From contig CP047921.1 in the NCBI GenBank assembly GCA_010202845.1, positions 30,001 to 62,000 of the forward strand: a stretch of DNA of 32,000 nucleotides, in the 5' to 3' direction. The position numbers were made by a program, and so were the translations under genes. Positions 15,855 through 23,940 of the stretch are shown in pieces. The notes under the pieces were generated by a model. The model searched no databases. It worked only from the letters and a program-made list of their open reading frames with translations, and was not told where the DNA came from. The stretch is from Candidatus Saccharibacteria bacterium oral taxon 488. GTDB taxonomy: Bacteria; Patescibacteriota; Saccharimonadia; Saccharimonadales; Saccharimonadaceae. Position 1 is the stretch's first letter, and each line of letters begins with the position of its first letter.

Positions 15855-16892
15855 ATGCTTGACGATAAAAATCTTTTAGCGCAGCGCGATCCGGGTAGTA
15901 CACGAACGAGTGCGGTGGCGGTAACGATGCAGACGGACTTTGCGGCCGAGGTAGAGTCACCGGCGAGCCCCGGTGAGGTGGCTAATGTGGTGCTGGCGGG
16001 TATGGGCGGCTCGGCGCTGGCGGCGGATATGGTCAAGGTGCTGACGGCGGATCGGGTCACGGTGCCGCTTGAAGTGACAAAGGGTTATCAGCTACCGCAT
16101 TTTGTGAATGAAAAAACACTAGTTATTGCTATCAGCCACTCGGGAAACACCGAGGAGACGATAAGTTGCTATCAGCAGGCTCGTCAGCATGGCTGTCAGT
16201 TGGCGGTGATGGCGACGGGCGGAAAATTGTTTGCGGCGGCCGAGGCAGATAATCTGCCGCGGGTGCGCGTTCCGTCGGGCGGTCAGCCGCGGATGTCAAC
16301 GATTTATCATTTGCGCGGGCTGCTAAAGCTGCTCAGCCAGTTTGAAGTGATCGACGATAGCCTGTACCACGCGGTCGCAACCAGTGGTGCGTGGCTGAAG
16401 GATCAGCTGAGCCAGTGGGCTGAGGAGGCGCCAACGGCGGATAATTATGCCAAGCAACTGGCGCTCAAGCTCGTTGGTTCGACCCAAGTGTTTTATGCGG
16501 GCGAGTTGACATGGCCGCTGGCGTATAAGTGGAAGATTAGCTTTAACGAGTCAGCGAAAAACGTGGCGTTTTGGAATCAATATCCGGAGTTCAGCCACAA
16601 TGAATTCATCGGCTGGTCATCACATCCGGTCGATAAGCCGTATAAGGTCGTGGATTTTCGGAGCAGTCTTGAGCGTCCGCGAATTCGGGAGCGGATGGAG
16701 CTGACCGATCGGTTGCTGTCGGGTATGCGCCCGAAGGCCGAAGTAGTCGAGCTACAGGGCGAGACGCTGCTCGAGCAGCTGCTGTGGGGTCTGGCGCTGG
16801 GTGAGATAGTCAGTATCTATGCGGGTATTCTCAACGGGGTCAATCCAGAGCCAGTGGCATTGGTGGAGCAGCTAAAGAAAGAATTGTCGTAA
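15855..16892 (+). CDS. SIS-domain bifunctional phosphoglucose/phosphomannose isomerase-type sugar isomerase
   Basis: 345 aa. The SIS signature VIAISHSGNTEET, the length and the C-terminal helical region are typical of the PGI/PMI family. The SD AAAGGAGGA is upstream. Confidence 0.7.
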   Translation: MLDDKNLLAQRDPGSTRTSAVAVTMQTDFAAEVESPASPGEVANVVLAGMGGSALAADMVKVLTADRVTVPLEVTKGYQLPHFVNEKTLVIAISHSGNTEETISCYQQARQHGCQLAVMATGGKLFAAAEADNLPRVRVPSGGQPRMSTIYHLRGLLKLLSQFEVIDDSLYHAVATSGAWLKDQLSQWAEEAPTADNYAKQLALKLVGSTQVFYAGELTWPLAYKWKISFNESAKNVAFWNQYPEFSHNEFIGWSSHPVDKPYKVVDFRSSLERPRIRERMELTDRLLSGMRPKAEVVELQGETLLEQLLWGLALGEIVSIYAGILNGVNPEPVALVEQLKKELS

Positions 16893-16912
16893 TCAATTTG
16901 ATCTAGAACATG

Positions 16913-16955
16913 AAAAGCGACGCCCGAGGGAGATGGGGCGTCGCTTTTTATTTTA
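16913..16955. terminator. Bidirectional intrinsic terminator between the isomerase gene and the ABC permease gene
   Basis: A 13-bp perfect stem aaaagcgacgccc / gggcgtcgctttt with a 10-nt loop, followed by a T-rich run. Confidence 0.7.
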
Positions 16956-16971
16956 GAACCAGGTGGATTTA

Positions 16972-18189
16972 TTAGTGGCGCAAGCTCTCAATCGGATCTT
17001 TACCGGCAGCGCGGCTGGCTGGATAGATGCCAAAGAGCATACCGATAATCAAGGCTCCACCGATGGTCAGGGCGGCTGCTTGCCATTCGAGAACTGGGGT
17101 GAATGGCAGATACATACCAAGGAGGAATGACGCGCCGAGACCGATAACGTAGCCGAGAACACCGCCAAATAGACCGATGATGGCTGATTCGATGAGGAAT
17201 TGGGCGACAATGGTGCGGTTGGTGGCACCAACGGCCTTGCGGATACCGACTTCGCGCTGGCGTTCGGCAACCGAAACTAGCATGATGTTGGTGATGCCGA
17301 TACCGCCAACTAGCAGCGAGATGCCGGCGATGACCGCCATGGCTGTTGAGAGCGCGTTCACTAGGTGTGAATTTGGTGCGGTGATGGCCTGACCGACCAG
17401 GGTGTGGTAGTCGGTATCGCCCTGATGCTGCTGGGCGAGGACCTTTTTGGCGGCATCAATTTTAGTTTGCAGCGCCGTACCGTTGTCAGCAGTGATGAGG
17501 ATTTGCTGGATTTGGGCGGTGTTTTGTGTGAACTTTTTACTAACGGCTAGTGGCAGGATAATGGAGCGATTAAAATCAACGCCAAGGTAACTAGGCGCAG
17601 TTTCCGGCTCGTCGAGGACGCCGACGACTGTGAGTGTTTCGCCGCGGAGCTTGAGGACGCTGCCGAGGGATTTTTCAGTGCCGAATAGGTCAATTGACAG
17701 CTGTTTGCCGATCACGACGCCGTTGGCTTCGTCGATGAACTGCCCCTCGCGCAACTTGAGGCCGGCGAGTTTCGCCAGCTCACCCGAGCTACCGATAATG
17801 GTGATGCGTTCTAGTTTGGTCTTGCCGTCCGGTGTCAATAAATTAGCATGAAACGTTGCCAGTGGTGCGGCGCTGTTGTTGGTCGCCTTGGCAATTTCTC
17901 GGGCGTCCTGTTCGGTCAGTGTGTTCACCATTTGGGCGGCGTGTCCGGAGCTGAGTGACAGCAATGAATCTGGCCGCGCCTCGCTACCAGACCGAATTAG
18001 CGCAGTAGTGTCAGAGATCTTGGCGGATTGATCACCAAATAGGCGGCTCGTGCCGGTCAGCAGCGACAAGATAATAGTAATGCTGGCGATGCCGACCATG
18101 ATGCCAAAAATCGACAAGTAGGTGCGGACTTTATTTGACTTGAGCGATTCAGTCGCGTTCTCGAAGTGATTATTGAGGAGCATTTTCAT
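16972..18189 (-). CDS. ABC transporter permease, MacB/FtsX-like (periplasmic core domain plus FtsX 4-TM domain)
   Basis: 405 aa. It has an N-terminal TM segment, a large extracytoplasmic domain, and a C-terminal FtsX-type region (ERQREVGIRKAVGATNRTI...). The start overlaps the ATPase stop (ATGA). Confidence 0.85.
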   Translation of the reverse strand: MKMLLNNHFENATESLKSNKVRTYLSIFGIMVGIASITIILSLLTGTSRLFGDQSAKISDTTALIRSGSEARPDSLLSLSSGHAAQMVNTLTEQDAREIAKATNNSAAPLATFHANLLTPDGKTKLERITIIGSSGELAKLAGLKLREGQFIDEANGVVIGKQLSIDLFGTEKSLGSVLKLRGETLTVVGVLDEPETAPSYLGVDFNRSIILPLAVSKKFTQNTAQIQQILITADNGTALQTKIDAAKKVLAQQHQGDTDYHTLVGQAITAPNSHLVNALSTAMAVIAGISLLVGGIGITNIMLVSVAERQREVGIRKAVGATNRTIVAQFLIESAIIGLFGGVLGYVIGLGASFLLGMYLPFTPVLEWQAAALTIGGALIIGMLFGIYPASRAAGKDPIESLRH

Positions 18190-19313
18190 GACTTTTTCGT
18201 AGCTTTCCGTTCTTTTTTGGCTGGTTTCTTCGTTGATTTGGCGGCATCAGTTTTTGCGTCGTCGGCTTTATCGGACTTAGGGGCGGGTTTCTTTTCGGTT
18301 GGCGTGCTAGAACTTTTTGCAGTATCAGGGTCAGCTGATTTTTTACTCTGTTCAGTAGTTGAAGTGGCGCCAAGCGGTCGCTTTGGCGGGAGGTCATCCG
18401 GGGATTTCACTGGGTCAGCTGGTTTGTCGGGCATAGTCGCTATGGCCGGCTGTTCAGTTGTTTGCTTCTCGGGAGTGGTTTTTGTTGGCTCGGCTGGCTT
18501 GGCTTTTTCCTCCGACTCATCTTTTGCGTCCTTGGTGGTTGCTGTATGTGATGGAGTCGATTTAGCTGGAGTTGCTGGCTGGTCATCACCGCCCAGCTTT
18601 TGCTTAAAGATCTTCTTGATATGATGGGTGTCGGTATCAATACGCCCATCGAGCATAGAAATCACCCGGCTGGCATAGGACAGCAGTTCTGGATTGTGCG
18701 TCACCATGATAATCGTGTTGCCTCGGCGGTGAATATCGGACAGCTCCTCCATGATGATGTGGCTGGACTTGGAATCGAGGTTGCCGGTCGGCTCGTCGGC
18801 TAGGATGATTGATGGACTGTTGACTAGTGCTCGGGCGATCGCTACACGCTGAACTTGACCGCCGGATAATTGATGTGGCAGATAATATTCGCGCTCGCCC
18901 AGATGGAAGTTGCGTAAAATCCGGCTGGCTTCTTGGAGGCGCTTGGTTTTGCTGATGCCTTTATAAGTAAGCGGCAGGGCAACATTATCAATCACCGTCA
19001 GGCGTGGAATGAGATTGAAATGTTGAAAAATAAAGCCGATATCGCGAGAACGAATCGTGGCGTGGTGTGTCGCTGTCAAATCCTCGACCGATTTATTGTC
19101 AAGGTAATATTCGCCCTCTGACGGGTGGTCGAGCAGCCCGAGGATGTTGAGTAGGGTCGTCTTGCCGCAACCGGATGGGCCAACGATGGCGATAAACTCG
19201 CCCTTTTTGACCTCGAGATTGACATTGTCCAGCGCCACCTGCTCGGCGTCACCAAAGCCAAATCGTTTCGTTACATTAGTAAGTTTAATTCGCGTTGAAG
19301 GATCGTTCATCAT
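18186..19313 (-). CDS. ABC transporter ATP-binding protein (MacB/LolD-type) with a ~145-aa low-complexity C-terminal tail
   Basis: Walker A GPSGCGKTT, Q-loop, signature LSGGQVQRVAIARAL, Walker B ILADEPTGNLD and H-loop VTHN. Residues ~231-375 are Lys/Pro/Thr/Ala/Glu/Asp-rich. Confidence 0.9.
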   Translation of the reverse strand: MMNDPSTRIKLTNVTKRFGFGDAEQVALDNVNLEVKKGEFIAIVGPSGCGKTTLLNILGLLDHPSEGEYYLDNKSVEDLTATHHATIRSRDIGFIFQHFNLIPRLTVIDNVALPLTYKGISKTKRLQEASRILRNFHLGEREYYLPHQLSGGQVQRVAIARALVNSPSIILADEPTGNLDSKSSHIIMEELSDIHRRGNTIIMVTHNPELLSYASRVISMLDGRIDTDTHHIKKIFKQKLGGDDQPATPAKSTPSHTATTKDAKDESEEKAKPAEPTKTTPEKQTTEQPAIATMPDKPADPVKSPDDLPPKRPLGATSTTEQSKKSADPDTAKSSSTPTEKKPAPKSDKADDAKTDAAKSTKKPAKKERKATKKS

Positions 19314-19321
19314 TGCTTTTT

Positions 19322-19351
19322 ATTATAGACAAAAAGCCGCTCCGGTTGCAA
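19322..19351 (-). promoter_or_regulatory. Putative promoter of the ABC operon (-35 TTGCAA, 18-nt spacer, -10 TATAAT) ending 8 nt before the ATG
   Basis: The reverse complement reads TTGCAAccggagcggctttttgtcTATAATaaaaagcaATG. Confidence 0.45.
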
Positions 19352-19376
19352 CCGCTAGCGGACTTTCTGTTATAAT
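19346..19376 (+). promoter_or_regulatory. Putative tRNA-Ser promoter (-35 TTGCAA, 19-nt spacer, -10 TATAAT)
   Basis: A perfect -10 at 19371-19376 lies 9 nt before the tRNA 5' end. The -35 hexamer is the same palindromic TTGCAA used by the divergent promoter. Confidence 0.45.
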
Positions 19377-19385
19377 ATGCATCAC

Positions 19386-19477
19386 GGAAGGATGCAGGAG
19401 TGGTTGAACTGGCACGCCTGGAAAGTGTGTAGGCTCTTCACGGGGTCTCCGGGGTTCAAATCCCCGTCCTTCCGCCA
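19386..19477 (+). tRNA. tRNA-Ser (anticodon GGA), class II with long variable arm, CCA encoded
   Basis: Hand-folded. Acceptor GGAAGGA/TCCTTCC. D-arm CAG/CTG with a GG loop. Anticodon stem CACGC/GTGTG with loop CTGGAAA. A ~20-nt variable arm. T-arm CGGGG-TTCAAAT-CCCCG. Discriminator G followed by CCA. Confidence 0.85.
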
Positions 19478-19530
19478 GGGGAGACGTACTCGCCCCTAGG
19501 GTTTCTAATTAATTTACAATACTAACATCC

Positions 19531-20112
19531 ATGCTCGAAGCTTTCTACCACCGCCATCGCCGCCTCGTCAAGTGCGCCATTGTCGCCGCAGTTGTTGTGC
19601 TCATTTATATTGGGGCAGGCTTTCTCATTACGCTGCACCCTAATTACAAAGTTTATGAGCCACGCGAAGTATTCCTCAGTCGCTTTGATATGTCAACGGT
19701 CAAGGCCGCCCGCGTTATCCACTCAGAGCACCCATTTCTATATATAACCCGCGGCGAGCATCCGTACGGCTCGCTATTTGGTGTCATTACCGATGACTCC
19801 ATTCGTCGGCGCCTGCTGACCATCCAGCCCTTCGCCAACTGCGCTCAGCCATATCGCTGCACGGATTGGAAATCGTACAAAGAAATCGGCGTGGAGCTAC
19901 CATTTGTTGGCATGCGTAACGAAGTGGCCGGTTCAGCACGACCGACGTTTGATGCTGCGACCAGCAGTGATGCTAAATGCATCCTCCGCTATGCTCCCGG
20001 CGACCGACCACTAGACGTCACTTCTAGCAGAGAAGCCTTTTGCTTCCTGCCACGAAGCGGAGAGTTTGTGTATGATTTTATGGATACTGCTCATACAAGA
20101 CGTCGATATTAG
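19531..20112 (+). CDS. Hypothetical protein with an N-terminal membrane anchor (193 aa)
   Basis: ORF with one N-terminal hydrophobic helix (CAIVAAVVVLIYIGAGFLITL). No family recognised. Confidence 0.5.
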   Translation: MLEAFYHRHRRLVKCAIVAAVVVLIYIGAGFLITLHPNYKVYEPREVFLSRFDMSTVKAARVIHSEHPFLYITRGEHPYGSLFGVITDDSIRRRLLTIQPFANCAQPYRCTDWKSYKEIGVELPFVGMRNEVAGSARPTFDAATSSDAKCILRYAPGDRPLDVTSSREAFCFLPRSGEFVYDFMDTAHTRRRY

Positions 20113-20250
20113 CGAATGACCATCCATAACCACGGACGATACCCTCGTTGATATTGCCTTGAGGGCGACCATGAACGACCACCTTTGTGGTTAGTGGGTG
20201 GAGAGTAATCAGTTAGCGAGTTGCTTTCATTGTAAAATTAACAAAACCTC

Positions 20251-20302
20251 TTGTCGCGCCACATCTAGTGCTTTATCATAGTATACATACACTAAATGTG
20301 TA
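20251..20302 (+). promoter_or_regulatory. Putative nrd promoter (-35 TTGTCG, 17-nt spacer, -10 TATCAT) with two CAC-N5-GTG palindromes
   Basis: Hexamers lie at 20251-20256 and 20274-20279. The palindrome CACATCTAGTG (20260-20270) sits in the spacer. The perfect palindrome TACACTAAATGTGTA (20288-20302) lies just downstream. Their centres are 30 bp apart. Confidence 0.35.
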
Positions 20303-20397
20303 GAGGGTACTAAACAAAAAGCAAATAGACGAGAGGTGTCAGTCGCCACCGCAGAGAGGTCGGCGGTAGTTTTGCTGAGCATCAAGGAGGGAAATAG

Positions 20398-22800
20398 GTG
20401 CAACAAATTAACGTCGTCAAACGCGATGGGACGAAAGAGCCGTTTGATGCAAATAAAATTAATGCGGCAATTTTAAAGGCCTGCGACGGGCTGCCAGATC
20501 AGGTTTCTAAGGTGGTGCAGGTGGCGACCGAGCTGCAGCTGACGCTATTTGACGGGATTACCACCGAGCAGCTCGATCAGGCCGTCATCCAGACGACACT
20601 ACAGAATGTCAAGGATGATCCAGATTATGATAAGATCGCAGCGCGATTATTACTGAAAAATATTTACAAAAATACACTAGGTGATTACGAGACAGCAGAC
20701 GAATTAAAGAAATTGCATGCACGGGAGTTTCCGAAGTTTGTTAAAGCGGCGGTCAAAGATGGCTTACTTGATAAGCGGATGAGCGACGGGCGATTTGATT
20801 TGAAAAAATTGGGCGAAGCATTACAGCCAGAACGCGACAATCTCAGTAAATATCTCGGTGTGATGACAAATAAAAACCGCTATGCCTTGCGCAAACAAAG
20901 CGGCGATCCGCTGGAAACACCGCAATTTACGCATATGCGCATCGCTATGGGACTCAGCTACAATGAGCCAGATCCAACTGCGGCGGCGATTGAATTTTAT
21001 GAGCACATGAGCAAATTAGAATATCTGCCGGGCGGCTCGACACGGGTCAATGCCGGCGGCTCCTTCCCGCAGCTCTCTAACTGCTTTTTACTAAATGTCG
21101 ACGATGACATGGAGTCAATTGCCAAGAGTGTGCGCGATACGATGTTTATCGCCAAGGGCACTGGAGGCATCGGCATCGGTTTTACCAAGTTGCGGGCAGC
21201 TGGCAGTCCGGTCAAGACAACCAACACTGAATCAACCGGTCCAATTCCATTTATGAAGATGATCGATACGGCACTGTTTGCGGTTAGTCGTAAGGGCAAA
21301 AAGGCGGGTGCGGCAGCCATTTATATGGAGAATTGGCATCTTAATTTTGGGCAATTTATTGATCTGCGTTCTAACTCTGGCGATCCGTATATGCGCACGC
21401 GCTTTGCCAACACCGCGGTATTTATCTCTGATGAATTTATGAAGCGGGTGCAGAAAGATCAAGATTGGTATCTGTTCGACCCAGCGGAAACGCCAGATTT
21501 GCCAGAGTTGTATGGTGAAGAATTTTCCGTGCGCTACAAAGAGTACATCAAGTTGGCTGAAGCTGGTAAAATGCGCGTCTTTGAGAAGACATCAGCTCGC
21601 CAGCAATTTAAGCAGATTTTGACTAGTCTGCAGGCCACTAGCCACCCATGGCTCACCTGGAAGGACACTATCAATGTGCGGGCGCTGAATAATAACACCG
21701 GTACAATTCATTTGTCCAACCTCTGTACGGAAATTACCCTGCCTCAAGACAAGGATAATATCGCCACCTGTAACTTGGTTAGTATCAATCTGTCAGCGTT
21801 TTTGCGTGAGGATAAGACATGGGACTGGGAGCGGCTACAAGAGGCAGCACGGGCAGCAACGCGCCAGCTCGATAATCTGGTGGACATTACCCAGACGCCA
21901 ATTCCAGAGGCGATGCACTCAAATCAGCAGACGCGGGCAATTGGTATCGGCGTTATGGGCTTTACCGATGTGCTGGAAAAGCTCGGCTACTGCTATGAGT
22001 CAAACGAAGCGTATGAGTTAATTGATCAATTGACGGAATTTATCAGCTACCACGCCATCGACCAGTCGGCGGATTTGGCGGCTAAGCTCGGCAGTTATCC
22101 GACATATAACGGTAGCGGTTGGAGCAAGGGGCTGCTGCCGATTGATACACTGGATGCATTGTCTGATGATCGCAAGCTAAAGGTAAAGATTGATCGCAAA
22201 ACGCGCCTGGACTGGGATGGTTTGCGCAAAAAAGTAAAGAAAGGTATGCGTAATGCGACGCTGATGGCTATCGCCCCGACCGCTAACATCGGTCATGTGG
22301 CGGGTACGACGCCGGGGATTGATCCGCAGTTTGCCCAGATTTTTAGCCGCTCAACACTGAACGGTAAGTTCTTAGAGGTAAACAATAATTTGGTGCGTGA
22401 CCTTAAGAAATTGAACTTGTGGGACGAAATTAAGGAAGAGGTTTTTGCAGCACAAGGCGACATTCAGCACATCGACGCCATTCCGCAAAAACTGCGCGAC
22501 GTCTACAAGACTAGCTTCCAGCTCAGCCCGTATGCGTTCATTGAGGTGGCAGCCCGGGCGCAGAAGTGGGTGGATCAGGCGATTAGCCGCAATATGTACC
22601 TTGAGACTCGTGATATTGATGAATATGTGGAGATTTATTCTGAAGCGTGGCGACGCGGTTTGAAAACCACCTATTACTTACATGTTAAGCCACGCCATCA
22701 GTCAGAGCAGACCACAGTGTCGGTGGAAAAACTAGCAGAACAGAAGATTCGAACTGGTGCTAAAACGCGTGGTTTTGGATTTGCCAAAGTTAATAAATAA
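20398..22800 (+). CDS. nrdA: Ribonucleoside-diphosphate reductase large subunit (class I NrdA) with one N-terminal ATP-cone
   Basis: 800 aa with a GTG start 7 nt after the SD AAGGAGG. ATP-cone (VVKRDGTKEPFDANKI). The active-site region is SNLCTEITLP. The C-terminal region is typical of class I alpha subunits. Confidence 0.9.
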   Translation: MQQINVVKRDGTKEPFDANKINAAILKACDGLPDQVSKVVQVATELQLTLFDGITTEQLDQAVIQTTLQNVKDDPDYDKIAARLLLKNIYKNTLGDYETADELKKLHAREFPKFVKAAVKDGLLDKRMSDGRFDLKKLGEALQPERDNLSKYLGVMTNKNRYALRKQSGDPLETPQFTHMRIAMGLSYNEPDPTAAAIEFYEHMSKLEYLPGGSTRVNAGGSFPQLSNCFLLNVDDDMESIAKSVRDTMFIAKGTGGIGIGFTKLRAAGSPVKTTNTESTGPIPFMKMIDTALFAVSRKGKKAGAAAIYMENWHLNFGQFIDLRSNSGDPYMRTRFANTAVFISDEFMKRVQKDQDWYLFDPAETPDLPELYGEEFSVRYKEYIKLAEAGKMRVFEKTSARQQFKQILTSLQATSHPWLTWKDTINVRALNNNTGTIHLSNLCTEITLPQDKDNIATCNLVSINLSAFLREDKTWDWERLQEAARAATRQLDNLVDITQTPIPEAMHSNQQTRAIGIGVMGFTDVLEKLGYCYESNEAYELIDQLTEFISYHAIDQSADLAAKLGSYPTYNGSGWSKGLLPIDTLDALSDDRKLKVKIDRKTRLDWDGLRKKVKKGMRNATLMAIAPTANIGHVAGTTPGIDPQFAQIFSRSTLNGKFLEVNNNLVRDLKKLNLWDEIKEEVFAAQGDIQHIDAIPQKLRDVYKTSFQLSPYAFIEVAARAQKWVDQAISRNMYLETRDIDEYVEIYSEAWRRGLKTTYYLHVKPRHQSEQTTVSVEKLAEQKIRTGAKTRGFGFAKVNK

Positions 22801-22817
22801 AATAAAGGAGGAACGAT

Positions 22818-22958
22818 ATGGAAACATTGCCAGGAATTGAAGGAGCTGATCCATCGGCAGAAACACCGGATACAAGCTGGGGCAATCTACAATACTATGT
22901 ACAAGAGGCACTGCCCGGCACTGTACAGGATGAATTGCCGATTGAGGAGGTAGCATAA
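22818..22958 (+). CDS. Unannotated small ORF (46 aa, acidic) between nrdA and nrdB
   Basis: The SD AAGGAGG (22805-22811) lies 6 nt upstream of the ATG. The product is METLPGIEGADPSAETPDTSWGNLQYYVQEALPGTVQDELPIEEVA. Its stop overlaps the nrdB start (TAATG), and its last codons contain the nrdB SD (GAGGAGG). It is below the 60-aa track threshold. Confidence 0.4.
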   Translation: METLPGIEGADPSAETPDTSWGNLQYYVQEALPGTVQDELPIEEVA

Positions 22959-23935
22959 TGGGAATCTTAGGTTCAGGCCTACGCGACGGTTTATCACTGC
23001 ATCCAATTCGCTACCCATGGGCATACGATTTATACAATCAGGCAGTGGCTAACACCTGGTTTCCTAACGAGGTGCAGTTGGTGCAGGATTTGGCGGATTT
23101 TGAAAAATTATCGGACGAGGAAAAGCACGCGCTAAAAACGGTGATTAGCTACCTCAATCCAAACGAGTTATTGATCAACAAATCGCTGGCGTTTGGTATT
23201 TATCCATATGTTAACGCCGCTGAAGCACAGCTATATCTGTCAAAGCAAATGTGGGAAGAAGCCAACCACTTTATGACCTTTGAATACATTATTGAGACGT
23301 TTCCGTTTGATCGTGAGGAGATTTACGCGGCGGGCTTTGGCAAAAAATCATTGGCCGACAAGGCAGATTTCCAGAATAAGCACCTCGACGTCATGCTTGA
23401 TCCAAACTTGGATATTTACTCTTTGGAGGGTAAGAAAGATTTTGTCCGCTCACTGGTGGCCTATAACATCGTGCTGGAGGGCATTTGGTTCTATTCGGGC
23501 TTTATGGTCGGCATGAGTTTTCGTCAGCGTAACTTGCTGCGCAATGTCGGTACGTTGCTGGATTGGATCACCAAGGATGAGAATCTGCACTTAACCTTTG
23601 GTATTAACTTGCTGCTGACTATTTTGGACGAAAACCCAGGACTGCAAACCCAGGAATTTGCCGAGGAAATTCGTGGGCTTATCCTGCAGGCGGTTGAGTT
23701 GGAGAAAGAGTACAACAAGGATATGCTACCAAAGGGCATCTTGGGCCTAAACGCTGATTATGTTAATCAATACGTCATGCATATGACTGACCGCCGCTTG
23801 GTTGAGCTTGGTTTTGAGCCAGAGTACAACGTCGCCAACCCGGCCAAGTGGATGGCTACGGCAAATGACACTTTGGAGCTCGTCAATTTCTTTGAGAGTA
23901 CCAATACTAGCTACGAAGTAAACACCACGAAATAA
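22958..23935 (+). CDS. nrdB: Ribonucleotide reductase small subunit, class Ic-type (Phe at the radical-Tyr position)
   Basis: 325 aa. The ligand pattern is E70, E101-xx-H104, F108, E174, E208-xx-H211. The motifs are EEANHFMTF, LEGIWFYSGF and KDENLH. The C-terminus is FFESTNTSYEV. Confidence 0.9.
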   Translation: MGILGSGLRDGLSLHPIRYPWAYDLYNQAVANTWFPNEVQLVQDLADFEKLSDEEKHALKTVISYLNPNELLINKSLAFGIYPYVNAAEAQLYLSKQMWEEANHFMTFEYIIETFPFDREEIYAAGFGKKSLADKADFQNKHLDVMLDPNLDIYSLEGKKDFVRSLVAYNIVLEGIWFYSGFMVGMSFRQRNLLRNVGTLLDWITKDENLHLTFGINLLLTILDENPGLQTQEFAEEIRGLILQAVELEKEYNKDMLPKGILGLNADYVNQYVMHMTDRRLVELGFEPEYNVANPAKWMATANDTLELVNFFESTNTSYEVNTTK

Positions 23936-23940
23936 CTACT

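Noticed and set aside
18166-18624. 152-aa plus-strand ORF and other small ORFs overlapping the ABC ATPase tail.
   Set aside because: It is antisense to the in-frame continuation of a well-supported ATPase gene that is translationally coupled to the permease. Its Gly/Ser/Val/Phe-rich product is the mirror image of the Lys/Pro/Thr-rich tail.
19478-19496. Hairpin GGGGAGacgtactCGCCCC immediately after tRNA-Ser as an intrinsic terminator.
   Set aside because: The stem is imperfect (4+2 bp with mismatches) and no T-run follows, so it was not reported as a feature.
20127-20201. Nested or alternative hairpins downstream of ORF 19531-20112: TAACCAC/GTGGTTA enclosing CCCTC/GAGGG, or alternatively CCACC/GGTGG.
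   Set aside because: The stems are short (5-7 bp), there is no U-tract, and no covariation evidence is available. This could be a weak terminator or chance pairing, and it is not enough to call an RNA element.
20303-20397. Cobalamin or another riboswitch in the nrdA leader.
   Set aside because: The leader, about 100 nt from the predicted TSS, is too short for a cobalamin aptamer. I could not find a B12-box-like core or other known aptamer signatures, only short local pairings.
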